Source: Lingula anatina (taxonomy: Eukaryota > Animalia > Brachiopoda). Taken from it: a stretch of 64,000 nt of DNA. How positions within the stretch are numbered: position 1 is the stretch's first letter; every line of letters starts with the position of its first letter. The stretch is from positions 12,746,644 through 12,810,643 of the forward strand of contig CM120643.1 in the NCBI GenBank assembly GCA_051362555.1, in the 5' to 3' direction. The notes beneath the pieces were generated by a model. The model saw only the letters and a program-made list of their open reading frames with translations. It did not search any database and had not been told where the DNA came from. Made by a program: the position numbers and the translations under genes. Shown here piece by piece: positions 27,901-40,500 of this stretch.

Positions 27901-30900
27901 TTGTTGGGCACCTCATTTTTTCAATCAAAATTCCATGAACAAATGAAATAAACCACATTTTTTTAATGGATGGTTAACTGTGTGTTAATTCAGTCCATTG
28001 CCAGCATGTTTTGAATATAAAACTGATTTTCTGCACCGTTTTTCTTTTTCTTTTCTCTCTTTTTTTGTCATTTTCTCCTTTTTTTCTTTGTATTTATCTC
28101 CCACTGCACTAGCTTGACAGCTGCAGCTGGTATTGATGATTCAGCAGCATCATCGGTTTTCAACAAAACTTGCAGCAATCCATAAATGACGCTAAATAAT
28201 GATTTGTATTGTTGTCATATTAGAAGGTGGTAGCTTTGCTCTCTGTATAGCGCAGATCTTTATAGAAACCCTTCTAGTGACGCGCGTATGACGTCCAAAC
28301 TTCATAATAGCGTGTGAAGATTTTGCATACAAGGATTTCCCATTATATCCTTTGCATGGTAGTCTTAATTGTGCACGAGGAATCTAAATTGCTTCTTGGC
28401 TGATTTATTGGTTCATATAACCAGAGAGTCAGATTCCTTAAAGTCACCGACTAAAGGATTTTTTTTACTTCAAATTCTTATTTTGTATGCGTCGTTACAT
28501 AAGTGTCTATTTGTGACATATAATGGCCAATATGACCCACCCAACATAGACATCTCATTTAATGCATTTTCACGTACAGATTTTGATTAGGAAAGAAAAA
28601 GGTGGGTGGGGGGGGAAGCTGTATAAATTTATTTGTTGCGTGGATTAGCTTTTTGCATGCAAGTGTGTATGTGTAATTTTTGTACCAAAATTACATTCAA
28701 GTCTTATTTTATCATTTGTGTTTCAATTTGATCACGCTATCTAAATAATGATCATTTCAAGCATAGCTGCCAAATTTCCCCTTTTTTCATATCGCTGAAA
28801 ATGTCAAGTGTTTGGTTGATAACCATGGAGTGGCACAGAGATGTTGATGTTTATATATTTAATCCTCGTTAGTAATAGAAGGGCATCTGAGTACATAGGA
28901 GCGATTAGTTTTAGTGTTTTCCTGATTTTATGGACAAACAACTCATGTGGTAATGCACAGGTCTTTATTCACTGCATGACAGGGGTGGATATGTAGCACA
29001 GACATGACCCTCCACCCCCACCCCACCCCCACTCCCACCCCCAAACCTGCCCCACCCACCAATCCAATTTTTTCTTTGCAGTTTTCTGCTTTTAGCATCC
29101 TCTCTCCCCCCATCCCACTGCCACTACCATCTGGTCTCGAGGCCACTAAGCCATTTCTCCTCCTTTCTTTTATAACCTAAAATCATGTCTGGTAACATCT
29201 CCCATGAATGTGACTTTAAGTTTGATCCACTATTACAAACGAGACAAGGGTAGGCATAGCAGTATTGGGGCATGATTGTTTCATAATGGATGGATATATA
29301 CAATGTGGGAATGTTTGTTACATTGTTGTTGCACTGTCGCCATCAATGCACAGGATTTGTGTTAGCACGGAGATTATTGGATGTTTTATAACTTATTGTT
29401 ACTTTTTTTTTTTTTGCATTATAGGCGGATATGTGGCTCTTTGAGTGTTTTGTATCGCTGTCTTTGCCTGACAAGTATCAGTCAAGTACACACTGATGCT
29501 TCTTATTGCAGGATCATTTGTCTGACACCTATTTATTGTCTATTTTAGAGTATTCTCATGTTACACTTACACTTTGTCATACACGCAGAGCAATCACGGG
29601 AAATGCGTCAAAATGCAAAACATGCAACTGCTATGAATTATGCAATCCTAAATGTTCATAGCTTGAAGGCTGTTATGTGTGTATTTTTTGTTAAGGCAAA
29701 TAAGTCTTCTTGCAACAATGCAGTGATTAATAATTGAGGAAATGTTTTTGAAATTAACTTTATCAGAACAAAAAATTATCTTTATTTTTATTATTATTAT
29801 TATTATTACTTTTTTCTTGCATAAGCTGATATTTAATAATTTCAATTTAATGTGATGGGTATTGTAGCAGAGTGATCATAGCAATCAGTTTGTAATGCTG
29901 ATAACACACACACACACACGTCGTGATCATAATCTCCATTGCATGCCACTGCAGCTTATGAGATCTGTTATTGATTGCCAGCTCAGCTCTAGGGTGGTTG
30001 TCATTGTTCTGTTACATCTTCCACATTGACCATGCTTCCTTGCCAGGGGTTACCCAAGGGAATACTGTGATAAGATGTATTAGATGTGATTTTTAATAAG
30101 CATTTCTCTAATTTAGAATAAAAGACATCTGTATATTTACACAAAAGAACTTCACCATAAAACCTTATGTATTACATGGATGATATTAATTATTATATAA
30201 ATAATAATTATATATTAATAAAAATATTTGTTCTCATTTATTTTTTCCAAAGTGTATGGCCAAATATTAATATTTGCTATAATGACATGTAATATTCAAG
30301 CCTTTCCTATAAGTAGTCTTCACGGCAATAATCTATTGAAAATGGCTCAGTTCTGTGTGTAATAGTATCTCTCTGTATTCCAGGATCCAGGAGTCCCATG
30401 TGACCCAGGCTGATATGTTTAAGTCTGCACAGCTGGTCGACTCCTTGGTGTCCCCCATCACGGCCCACGCCCCCTCACCTTTGACCTTCACCTCCACTGC
30501 TGGTCCGGGCGAGAGGAGGAAGTTTAGCCTGATTCGGGAGGAGTCTGGAGAAGAAGAATCAGAGACGGAAATGTCGGAGAAACTGGCAATGGGTGGGGCG
30601 GAACCCATGGACGTGGACTTTGATAAGAATTATGAAGTGAAAATGACAAAGTCTCTGGATGAGGTGTCCAGTGATTCTGATTCCCGGAGCGGAAGCGAAA
30701 CCAGTCTCAGTCGCAAGGCTCTGGCTCTGCGTCGCCCTGTCACCAGCAGGCCCACACTGAGGTCTGTTAGCAGTTCCCCGCAGCTCCTCAACCAGATATT
30801 TGAGGAGGGAGAGTCTGATGGGGATGACGATCTAATTCAGCCGTCAGACAGTTCTCGGCCGCGTGTCTACAACACACAACACCACCACCACCCGCTGGCC

Positions 30901-31908
30901 TCGCCAGAGCTGCTGCGCAAACTGGGCCGAATGAAAAAGAGGCGAGGCAGTGGCCAGAGGGGAACCAGCTGCAGTAGCTCTGACGCCAGTGACACAGATG
31001 ACCCAGATTCGAAAAAGAGAAAAGAGAAGCTGAAGCACAGGTTTCCCCGGAAGGACAGCAGTGATACCTCCAGTGATACAGACGGCCCTGGAGGGTTTGG
31101 GGGAGGCCCTGGGGGCCATGGAAGTGCATCTGGACCAGGGGGAAAAGGAGGGGGCAACCCCAGAAGAGACCGTAGGGATTCCGACAGGAAAGGAGGCAAG
31201 GACAAAGGTGGTGGCAGTTCTAGTAGTTCAAAGGGCTCCAAAAACTCTAAAAGTGGAAGCAAACGAGCTGAGCATGGGCCTGCCACTCTGACAGACATCC
31301 CCGAACAGCCCAAACAAGCTGCTCAGGGAAAGCCCTCAGTAAGTGACGCTGGGAAGCAGCAACAGGCTGCAGGTGGAACAAAAAACAATCACAACTTGGA
31401 CAACATACCTGAACAATCTGGGGCCGATTCTGGCCAGTCTTTACCTGTTAAAGCAGCTGCTAATGGTGCCCATCACATACGAAAGTCCAGCAACCTTAGT
31501 CTGGCATCCAACATCTCTAACCTCAGCCTCAGTAGTAGCTTAACCAGCAGGAGCAGTAAATATGTGGTCGATTCCAACGCGGGTACCCCAAGGACTAGTC
31601 GTGACGAGGACGACAAGGGGCACAAGATTAACGCTAGGATTATTCATGTGATTTCTCGGGAATTCAGTGACATTTACGAGCGTCTGAGCAGAGAGGGGAG
31701 CTTAAAGGAAGACAATGGGTCCATCTGCTCAAATGACTGCTCCCTCAGGAACAACAGTCAGGTGAAAAGACGCTCAAAAGAAAAAGTGAAAGTGGATATA
31801 AACAGTAATGGGCTAAGAGACAAAATGGTCCTGAATGCAGGGACAACTGAAAGTAAAGGTGGCATCTCCGTGAAAAAGCCTGTGACTAAATGTTGTGTTT
31901 TGTTTTAA
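4157..31908 (+). CDS. SNRK: SNF-related serine/threonine kinase (AMPK-related), ~888 aa, 5 coding exons
   Basis: Exons 4157-4748 ([32 protein letters not shown]), 15399-15540 ([36 protein letters not shown]), 20791-20997 ([14 protein letters not shown]...), 23177-23377 (UBA-like [17 protein letters not shown]) and 30384-31908 (low-complexity tail with [12 protein letters not shown], ends KCCVLF*). Phases 1/2/2/2 are consistent and the total of 2667 nt is divisible by 3. The N-terminus [20 protein letters not shown] is diagnostic of SNRK. Confidence 0.95.
5155..5199. repeat. (TA)n microsatellite
   Basis: About 22 TA units. Confidence 0.9.
8809..8995 (+). mobile_element. Degenerate copy of the CAGGCCCGTAGCC-TIR MITE family
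   Basis: Starts CAGGCCTGCAGCCAG and shares GTGGACCTT, GGTCAAA, GACCTTTTCT..CAAAAGG and a poly-C tract with the intact copy at 53198-53377. Confidence 0.5.
12670..12716. repeat. (CT)n-(GT)n microsatellite
   Basis: Visible dinucleotide runs. Confidence 0.85.
13553..14048. mobile_element. Two adjacent related foldback/MITE copies
   Basis: Copy 1 (~13553-13749) has arms AAATATGGCTGAC..ATGGTCTCCCCGCCTCCACACATGCC / GGCATGTGTGGAGGTGGTGAGACCAT..GTCGGCCATATTT. Copy 2 (~13768-14048) has arms CCGAGTGTTAGCTGGTCCATGGC..AATCCTGTAATGGTCTCTCT / AGAGAGACCATTACAGGATT..GCCTTGGACCAGTTAGTACTCGG. Both have a CCCTGCAG..ATTAAA..TTGG core. Confidence 0.7.
16500..17660 (-). mobile_element. Defective hAT-superfamily DNA transposon (ZNF862/C17orf113-like transposase remnant) in SNRK intron 2
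   Basis: 15-bp TIRs CAGTGATACAGAAAC (16500-16514) and GTTTCTGTATCGCTG (17646-17660) with 1 mismatch, and AAAATT directly flanking both ends. The minus strand carries a TTF-type zinc finger ([24 protein letters not shown]...[19 protein letters not shown]) and [25 protein letters not shown], broken by a frameshift in an A-run. Confidence 0.85.
16892..17310 (-). pseudogene. hAT transposase N-terminal remnant (frameshift plus stop)
   Basis: ORFs 17011-17448 and 16892-17203 join into one zinc-finger transposase N-terminus if one frameshift at the T-run ~17136-17144 is allowed. Confidence 0.75.
25881..26068. mobile_element. MITE family A, partial copy
   Basis: GAAACTAT..CTACGT..CTCT..GGACTCTCGCTGAATGCAGTCA..CCTCCT..GAGTAGAATAC..ACAAGAGGA..GTGTTA..CATTCAGC, shared with 38232-38490 and 43976-44317. 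Confidence 0.7.
27589..27663 (+). CDS. SNRK: Candidate 75-nt cassette exon of SNRK
   Basis: GCTAAT branch-like site, pyrimidine tract, TAG| then an open phase-2/phase-2 frame ([25 protein letters not shown]) then |GTAAAA. It is a GC-rich island in an AT-rich intron and fits the phase-2 intron 4. Confidence 0.45.
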
Positions 31909-34516
31909 AAAATGAGGGAAAAGGGGGACATCCCACTTCGTGCTATTGTTACTGATAAATTATGTAGCCTGAAGCATGGATGGAGACAGCAGCATTTTTG
32001 CCCTGGAAAATCCTGACCAAAGTTCATGTTTCATATGTAGAAATTTTCATTTGCAGCATAGTTTTATTGGCAAGAGTTAAGGATTAGTGTGAAAAAATTA
32101 GAGTACAAATTTAGTTGATAAGTTGCCATTAATTTTAGTATTAGATCCTCCAATGCCTTTTTTTACCTTACAGTTTGGAAAGAAGGATGAGATTTATCAG
32201 AAAAATCTGGAAAACATAGATCGGGTTTGACTTGTGTAATGCTTTGCTTTCAGATTTTTGGATGCCGTGGTTTGGCAAGACATGCAAAATTTTGTCTTTT
32301 GCAAGTTTTCCTGAACTCTGTTAGTGGGTACCTTGTGTAAGTTCCTCATCTTCTCTTTTGAAGTTTCTAAATGTCCTTGAAACTTCAAGCAATGTTTATC
32401 AGTTGCATCCCAAGATGAGATTTTTTTTGATATACTTGACATGCCAATTTAAAGATGAGTACAAAAGTTCCAGCCTTCTTAGATGCTAACTTATTGTGGA
32501 AAAAAAAAAGGATATTTCATATCATTTTACTGCTGAACATGCCAGCTTGAGAAATATAATTTCCGCCTTTGTCAAAGAACAGACTTTGTTCATAGTTCAG
32601 TCTTTTGAACATCTTACTCTTAGTCATCTTCAGCAGTTCACAAATGTTCAGATGTAGTTAAACGTGCTTTGGCAACATTTAGGAAATTGGTATTTTAAAC
32701 ACTGTGCGTCTGATGCTGTCAGAATATTTCATGGTTTTTGAAGTTTCATCAGGCATCGGGCACACGTCATGGAATTGAATTGATCTGTTCTCTGTTAATT
32801 GCATTAGGTTCATATATTTCTTTTTATTTGTAAGTAGCATAAGGTTTTTATATACATAAACAAAAATGTATGTGTCCCATTATGAGTTGGGAGTCATTAA
32901 CACTGACACATATTTACAGTTCTATATATTTTAAGATAAAGTTGCAGGACATAAAACAGTCATGTATGTAGATATTAGTAATACTGTGATCTGTGAATGT
33001 GAAGCAAACTGTCAAACGTAAAGACATTTTAAAACACAGCAGTGGCATTATGAAATGTGAAATGAATTTGTGTACATAATACCATCTGACCATTATTAAT
33101 ATTATTACCATTGCTGTGTCCAGACTATAAGGTATTGTGTCCAGTCTAGCCGGCCTAGACGTGGTCTGCAATGACCAGTGGTGTTGGAAGCTGAAGATTC
33201 CACACTTGCATGCCTCGTGTGTGTGTGTTTTGTTTTATATTAAAGCAAAAGTTTAATTTATGAACTTTCTCCACGTAGTTGACAGTTGTCAGAGTCTGCT
33301 GCAGGTCATTTCTGTACATTAATACTGACATGGCATGGACTTGTGTGACCCATTAAACTGTTTCTTTTATATATAAGATATCTTGTGTATGTTTTATTCT
33401 TTGTCTCTCTGTTTACGCAAGTTGAACTGAACTGAGCAGCATTAGAAAATGCCCAATCTAACACAAAACAAACTGCGTCCAATATTGATTTTCATGTCTG
33501 GTGGATTCATTTTAAGAAAAACCCATCAAAATTTAAGTGGTGATAAGATATATAATAAACTTGATTAAAATTGAATCAATTCAACACAGATGAATATCTG
33601 ATACTGACATCTAAAGTTAAGGGGGGTGATGAAGTTTGCAGCTATGCAGTTTATTCATGTCCAACTCATAAAGGTGACAAGAAATGCTCAAACTGGAAGA
33701 CTAATTATACTTGCTGCTTAACTACATAAACTGACAAGACGTGAATCGGAACGCAAGAAAAGCACACGGTGGAATAAATCAATCACAAATTTTCTTCAAC
33801 TGTGTGCACTTTTGCAGACTGCCATCTTGTAAAGAGTCTCTAGAGCATTTGAACTTCAAAGCCAACACCAGGAAATTTCACTTCAACAAGGCAGCTGGAA
33901 TGATTTCCATTTTAAAGTCATTAATTATACAAGAATGCTGACAAAATGTGAAAGGAAATAACATGTCTGGTTTGTTGAACAATTATTGTCTGCAAGAGTA
34001 ATTTGACGAGAATTACTTGACCATCACAGTTCTGCTACTTTGTTACAGTTGACACTTTGCCATAAGCATATATAAACCAATAATATAATTTCCTATATCA
34101 GATATAAAGAAAAATTATACAATAAATTGTGACCAGCTATACTTAACAGAAGACAATTTGTCCAATTATAATTTAGAAAATAAAATCATGTTTGTAAATT
34201 ATAGGCACCACACACTTACAGCAACTGAGATTAAAACGTTAGCAAAAAATATAATGCATTATTACTTGAATGTTTAAATATCACTAGGAAGCTGCCTTGT
34301 GTTAGCCCATAAATATCTGTATCTAAGATGAATCCCACATTTCAATATTACTTATTTTGACAATATCTTTGAATTAAACTACTTATTTTAACATTTCATC
34401 ATATTTGGCAGTGAAAACACAACAAAAAACTGACATGAAACTTGTAAATAAAGTTTCTCCAAAAAAAAAAAAAAAAGAACATCAAATAAAACCAAAAAAA
34501 AAAATTGTTTTCTTCC

Positions 34517-37500
34517 TCAAACATTGGTGGTCCTGTGTTGCATAGTAGTGCCATCTACTTTACTGTCTGCAAGAGGTGGCATTGAAATTGGCGTTGCATT
34601 TAATAAAGAAACTGCTCGCCTTAACTTCACTCGGTGGGTTCTGGCAGCTTGGCTCCTCTATAAATAAACAAGGTAACTCTAGAACTTCTGTTTGTAATTC
34701 AATTTTACTTCTGAATCTCTTTATAAAAGTACACATTTTAAACAAAAGCTGAATCAAAATTTGACTCCAGATTTTCCATACATCTCCATCCACTCCTTGT
34801 TGATTCAATGTATTTAGAATATGTTTTAACAAAAGCTGTTTTAACACATTAAAATAAACACAAATGAAAGTTTCATGAAGGAACATCATTCTTCCATGCC
34901 TCTCTGTACTGAACATAGGGAACCTACCTCATTCCTCCATGCCTGTCTAGCCTGGAACTCGATCCGGGCCATCTCCGTCCTGACGGTCCTTGGCAGATCT
35001 GGGACCATGGCGCCTAATACTTGTGTCAGGGCCAACACTAAGTGCTGGAAAGAATCAGATGATAAAGTGAACAAACAATGAGAAATTTATCTAATATATC
35101 TTGTATACTCTGCGCCTTTGTGCGCGTGTGTATGCTCATGGCTTCTACACCAATTGTAATTCTAAGTCATCACCATGGACTACAGTAACAACAACAACAA
35201 CAATTGAGACATGATAGCAGTGTAAAGCAAATTTGGCTGAACAGACATTTCAAAGAAATATAACAAAATCTACTTTCCACATACCTCGCCTCCTACGAAC
35301 AATAACACCAAGTCGGCAGTGTCCCACTTTGGCAGCAGACCTTGGTTATGCAGGGACAGGGCCACCAGGGCACAGTTGGTCATCACAGCTATTATCCCCA
35401 TCAGTTGGAAGGCAATCTGTATAACACATGGCAGGCAGGGGGTTTACAGAATAAGTGAAACACAGGAATAATCTTGAAATCTGATACTGATATTGATGCA
35501 GATTCTACTTAAATTCATTTTGGCTATCAAAAAACAAAGGGTAAAAAAGGGTAAGATATTGGACAAAAAATCCACAAACTGAATTTAAGAAGTTTAAAAA
35601 AACAGCATATTCATTCATATTATTAGAAAACTGTTACAAAGTGAAATGCTTAAATTAGGGTTATTCAAAAATATTAAAAAAAAAAAAACAAAAAAGAAAA
35701 AACTGAAGATCAGAATCAAGATAAAGAAAAATAATAATAATAATATTAAAGAAAAAACTGTCCATCTCCCCTAAACTGTCACGTACCTGCCATGCACCAA
35801 TACTGGCGGTGGGTTGAGAGAAAGGACGCTGAAATACTTTGCAGAGTTTGAACGAGTCTGTTCTTATCTCGGTGACATTGTTGATGAAGGCCCAGACTGC
35901 TGCGAGGGGATAGGCGGAGGAGAACAGCACCACGTAGCCAAACTGTATAAACATCTCCAGGTAGTCATCCATGGTGCCCTGAATATGAAATAGATTAAAT
36001 TAAATTAAATTTAAATCTAAAGCTAAAGCTAAATTTGTACTGCTCACAACAATAACAAAGTAAATATTGTGGCACTAGTCTAGCTCTATTCTTTTCTTTT
36101 TCGATGAGTGAACCAAACTCAATATTCATACCAAAAAAGTAAAAAAAAAAAATATTTTCTGTTATTTATGAGTAAATCATACATTTATACAAAAATCTGT
36201 CCCAGGTTAACAAGTCAAATTGACATTTTAAGAGGTCAAAACATTTTATCTGTTATCAAAAAGAAACAAATTTTCTATTGTTTATATCAATGCGTTCTAT
36301 TTACTGTCATTTATCACTACTAAACCACACACAAAAATCTGTATCAACTAAACACATCAAAACTGACATTTCAACAGGCCAAAACATTTTTCAATTTTAA
36401 ATTTTTTCCTCTCTTGACTTTCATTTTCTGCTTACTTCATAGGTTTCCATCTCGCCCTCCACCTCGGCCTGCTTTCTGACCTCCTTGCTGATGATATCAG
36501 TCACATGACAGCTTTCATCGCTGTCGACTTTGGCATCTTTATCTACGAGGCTCTCTCTTCTCTCCTCAGCTTTGTCCATTTTATTGGACTTGTACCTAAT
36601 TGTGAAATGAAACAATACTAGAGATGAAGTTACGAAATTAATTATCAATGAAAAGTGGCAACAAATTTACTTATACAATCAATAGCTCAACTGATTTTAA
36701 CCACATAAAAGGTGTTTTAAACAGTTTCACAGATATAACTTTTTTTTACTGGCGACCAGAATTTGCTGGTCCAGGAGTGTTATCCACAAATTTAAGCATT
36801 TAATAAATTAATTTTTATTCATTGGTTTTGATTTTGTAGTCAAAATAGTTACCACTATATTAGCTAAGAATGTCCGAGTTCCAAAATCATCACTATTTAT
36901 CTGACACTATTACATTACAATGAAACATTCCAGTGATAACATGGCAGGTTAAAAAATGATGCTCCATCACATTCTGACATCTCAGATAAGAATACTGTTC
37001 TACCTGAACATCAAATATGGAAGGAGGGATTCCTGAATTTGTCCTATTACTTGCTGTATGATCAACAGAAGTGCCAAGGACTGAAACAGAAACTTAAACA
37101 TGTCACCTAAATTTCTCTTTGATTATAAATAATATTTAAAACATGACTGTGTTGTTTTACTGCACAAAACACATACAGTAGTGCATTTCTTTTAAATCAT
37201 CTCAACTTAAGACTTGAACATGTACTTGTGATATAAATTAACTTCAAATCTACATTCTTCTCTTTTCCAACTGAAGATATATCAAAGAAAAATTATTTTA
37301 CTTACACTCCTGAGTCTAGGAATATCTTGCATATAGAAAGCTATGTAAAACAACACCACAAAACAGTTGACAAAATCAAACTGGAAAAGACAGAAAATGG
37401 TTAAAATTTCTTTGTTTTATTACAGCAACAAGCAAACTACATAGTGTTACACCAATGAGACTTTGGAAAACATTTCTTTAAATCATCTCATTAAATTTCT

Positions 37501-40500
37501 TTGTAGCATTACTAGCCTGGGTGAAGTCTTTTTTTTTTAATCTGGGTGTGTTATTTCACATTTGACAAATAAGACAGCACTAAAAAACAGTAACACAGAA
37601 TGGTAACTTCACATATCCCATATTGAGATCTTCACATATCCAATAATGGCCACTTCATACAGGGGCAGATCCAGAGATATTTTCTGACAGGCTTCCAAAT
37701 TATCTTTATTGATCCATCCTCCATTTTTGACTGTCTTCCATCAGAAAAAAATTAAATACCCTTCAATGTAAACTCGAAAATCTGACCGTCTTCTAGAAGA
37801 CCCAGAAGACGACCTAAATCTGCCCCTGTCGCATACCCCAATTAGAAGAAAGTCTATAATAACATTTATCAGGGTATACAGGTTATGACACAATGTCTTA
37901 CCAAAACTAGCTTGATAATCAGGTGGTTATCATAAGCAGACTGGAGTCTGTGATTTTCTGAAAAAAAATCATCACACTGAAAAAAATAAAAAAAAAAAAA
38001 AAAAAACAAACATACTGATTTTAATAAGCTTGTGATCTAAATCTAATTTTTCTTACTTATGAACTATCCAAACTACTAAGCATTCTGATATAACTGAATT
38101 CACAAGCCAACCCACAGCACAGACAGCTGACACACAGCACTGACGCACATCTTGAAAACGGGTATTGTGGTCCAATCTACCGGTGAATTCGGTATCATTC
38201 AGTGCCGAGTCTGGTAGCTGGGTAGGCCTGTTACTCCTCATTCTCATTGAAACTATCAGTCTACGTAGATCAATCCAACTCTATGGGGACTCTCGCTGAA
38301 TGCAGTCATTTTAACAGAGTAACATGCTTCCTCCTGGCATTAAGTAGAATACAGAAAAACTGGTGATCATACGAGCAAATCAATTACAAGAGGAGGTGTG
38401 TTAATCTGTTAAATATTCAGCGAGAATCCCCACAGAGATGGATGGATCTATATGTACGTAGACCAATAGTTTCAAGGGAATGAGTCCTTACTCTAGTCAG
38501 TCACAGAATCATCAAATCCATTACAAATCTTGAGAATGAATTTTTTTCCAAAATAAGTATAACACTGTTATACACTGTTATTAACAGCAACCTCTTATTC
38601 CTCATCTCTTTCACTTACCAAAATCATTCAGCGCCTTTGCTATCTTTCTGTAGATACTGTTCATCACAACAATGGCCACACTGTACAGGAGACTCGGCAC
38701 CAGAACCAGCGCCTTTGTCCATAATGTCTGCCACTCAGCGTGGTACACCTCGGCCTCTATTTGAAACCAGAAATACACCAGCATGACCCCAACCGCAAAC
38801 AGCAGACAAGAGAGGATGATTGGCATGGTGACGCAATAGAACCTTAAAACACGCTTCCACTTTGGGTAGACAGGCTCAGGGCGGCCCGTCACCTTATTTA
38901 TGCCCATTTTACCAAAGTACGCTGCCCTGCAGTCCTCGAAGTGGACTCTGTCCAGAGTTCCCCATTTGAAGGCAAATTCCGAGGCCTTCCTCTTCCAAAC
39001 TTGTAAGAATATTGTAGCCCAGACTACATTAAACACTGCAAAAAGGGCCAGCCGATTTATGTCCTGCCAGGCAACAAAGTAATACATAAGACCCAAAATG
39101 GCCGGTGGGATAAGAGCCATAGTGTAAAAGCCAAGGAAACCAAAGTACATTGCAATGGTTTCTCCAAAGTAGGTACGAATGTCATCTGGAAAATAAATAA
39201 AGTTATGTTAAAATATCACAATGATAGTGATGTTCAATGATAGTATCTATTTAAGATATTTCAATAATTAAAAAAAAATTGATCTTTTTAGAAATTTTTA
39301 TCATACATTCAAATTTACCTTATATATGGGATATGAATCAATTGTTTGTATAGAGCAAAGTTCTTTTGACTTACTTCAAGTTTGAGGTTTGTTGACTTGC
39401 ATATGGGCTGTGATATTTTGGAATATCTACAAGCTGAGGTCTGTTGACCTACCTTCGACCTAAAGCATGCTGAACTACCTATGGGTTGAGGTATATCAAC
39501 CTACCTACCTACTGAGGTTTGTTGACCTACCTTCGACCTAAAGCATGCTGAACTACCTATGGGTTGAGGTATATCAACCTACCTACCTACTGAGGTTTGT
39601 TGACCTACCTTCGACCTAAAGCATGCTGAACTACCTATGGGTTGAGGTATATCAACCTACCTACCTACTGAGGTTTGTTGACCTACCTTCGACCTAAAGC
39701 ATGCTGAACTACCTATGGGTTGAGGTATATCAACCTACCTACCTACTGAGGTTTGTTGACCTACCTTCGACCTAAAGCATGCTGAACTACCTATGGGTTG
39801 AGGTATATCAACCTACCTACCTATTGAGGTTTGTTGACCTACCATCGACCTAAAGCATGCTGAACTACCTATGGGGTGAGGTATATCAACCTACCTACCT
39901 ATTGAGGTTTGTTGGCCTACCTTCGACCTAAAGCATGCTGAACTACCTATGGGTTGAGGTATATCAACCTACCTACCTATTGAGGTTTGTTGACCTACCT
40001 TCGACCTAAAGCATGCTGAACTACCTATGGGTTGAGGTATATCAACCTACCTACCTATTGAGGTTTGTTGACCTACCTTCGACCTAAAGCATGCTGAACT
40101 ACCTATGGGTTGAGGTATATCAACCTACCTACCTATTGAGGTTTGTTGACCTACCTACATGTCAGGGTTTGCTGACTTACCTTTGGGCTGAGGTTTGTTC
40201 AACTACTTATAGATTGTAATATTTTGACCTACATTACCTACAAGGTGAGGTTTGTTGACCTACGTGTACCTACAAGGTGAGGTTTGTTGACCTACTTGTG
40301 GGCTGTTTGTTGACCTACCTATGGGCTGAGGCTTGCTGACCTTATTATACCACTCTTCTCCCAGCCTCTTCAGGACATCTCTGTCATGGAGGGGATATAG
40401 TTTATGTATTACGGCATCATTCAGTAGTTTTCTTACTAAAAATTCAAGGAATGCATCTCATGAACATACATGCATTTCTTTCATCACTGTGATCGTTATA

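Noticed and set aside
30788-31313. Antisense ORFs of 91-148 aa over the last SNRK exon
   Set aside because: Shadow ORFs of GC-rich low-complexity coding sequence with no independent features.
39434-40157. CRISPR-like appearance of the 78-bp array
   Set aside because: Units are contiguous and near-identical with no unique spacers, there are no cas genes, and the context is a eukaryotic intron.
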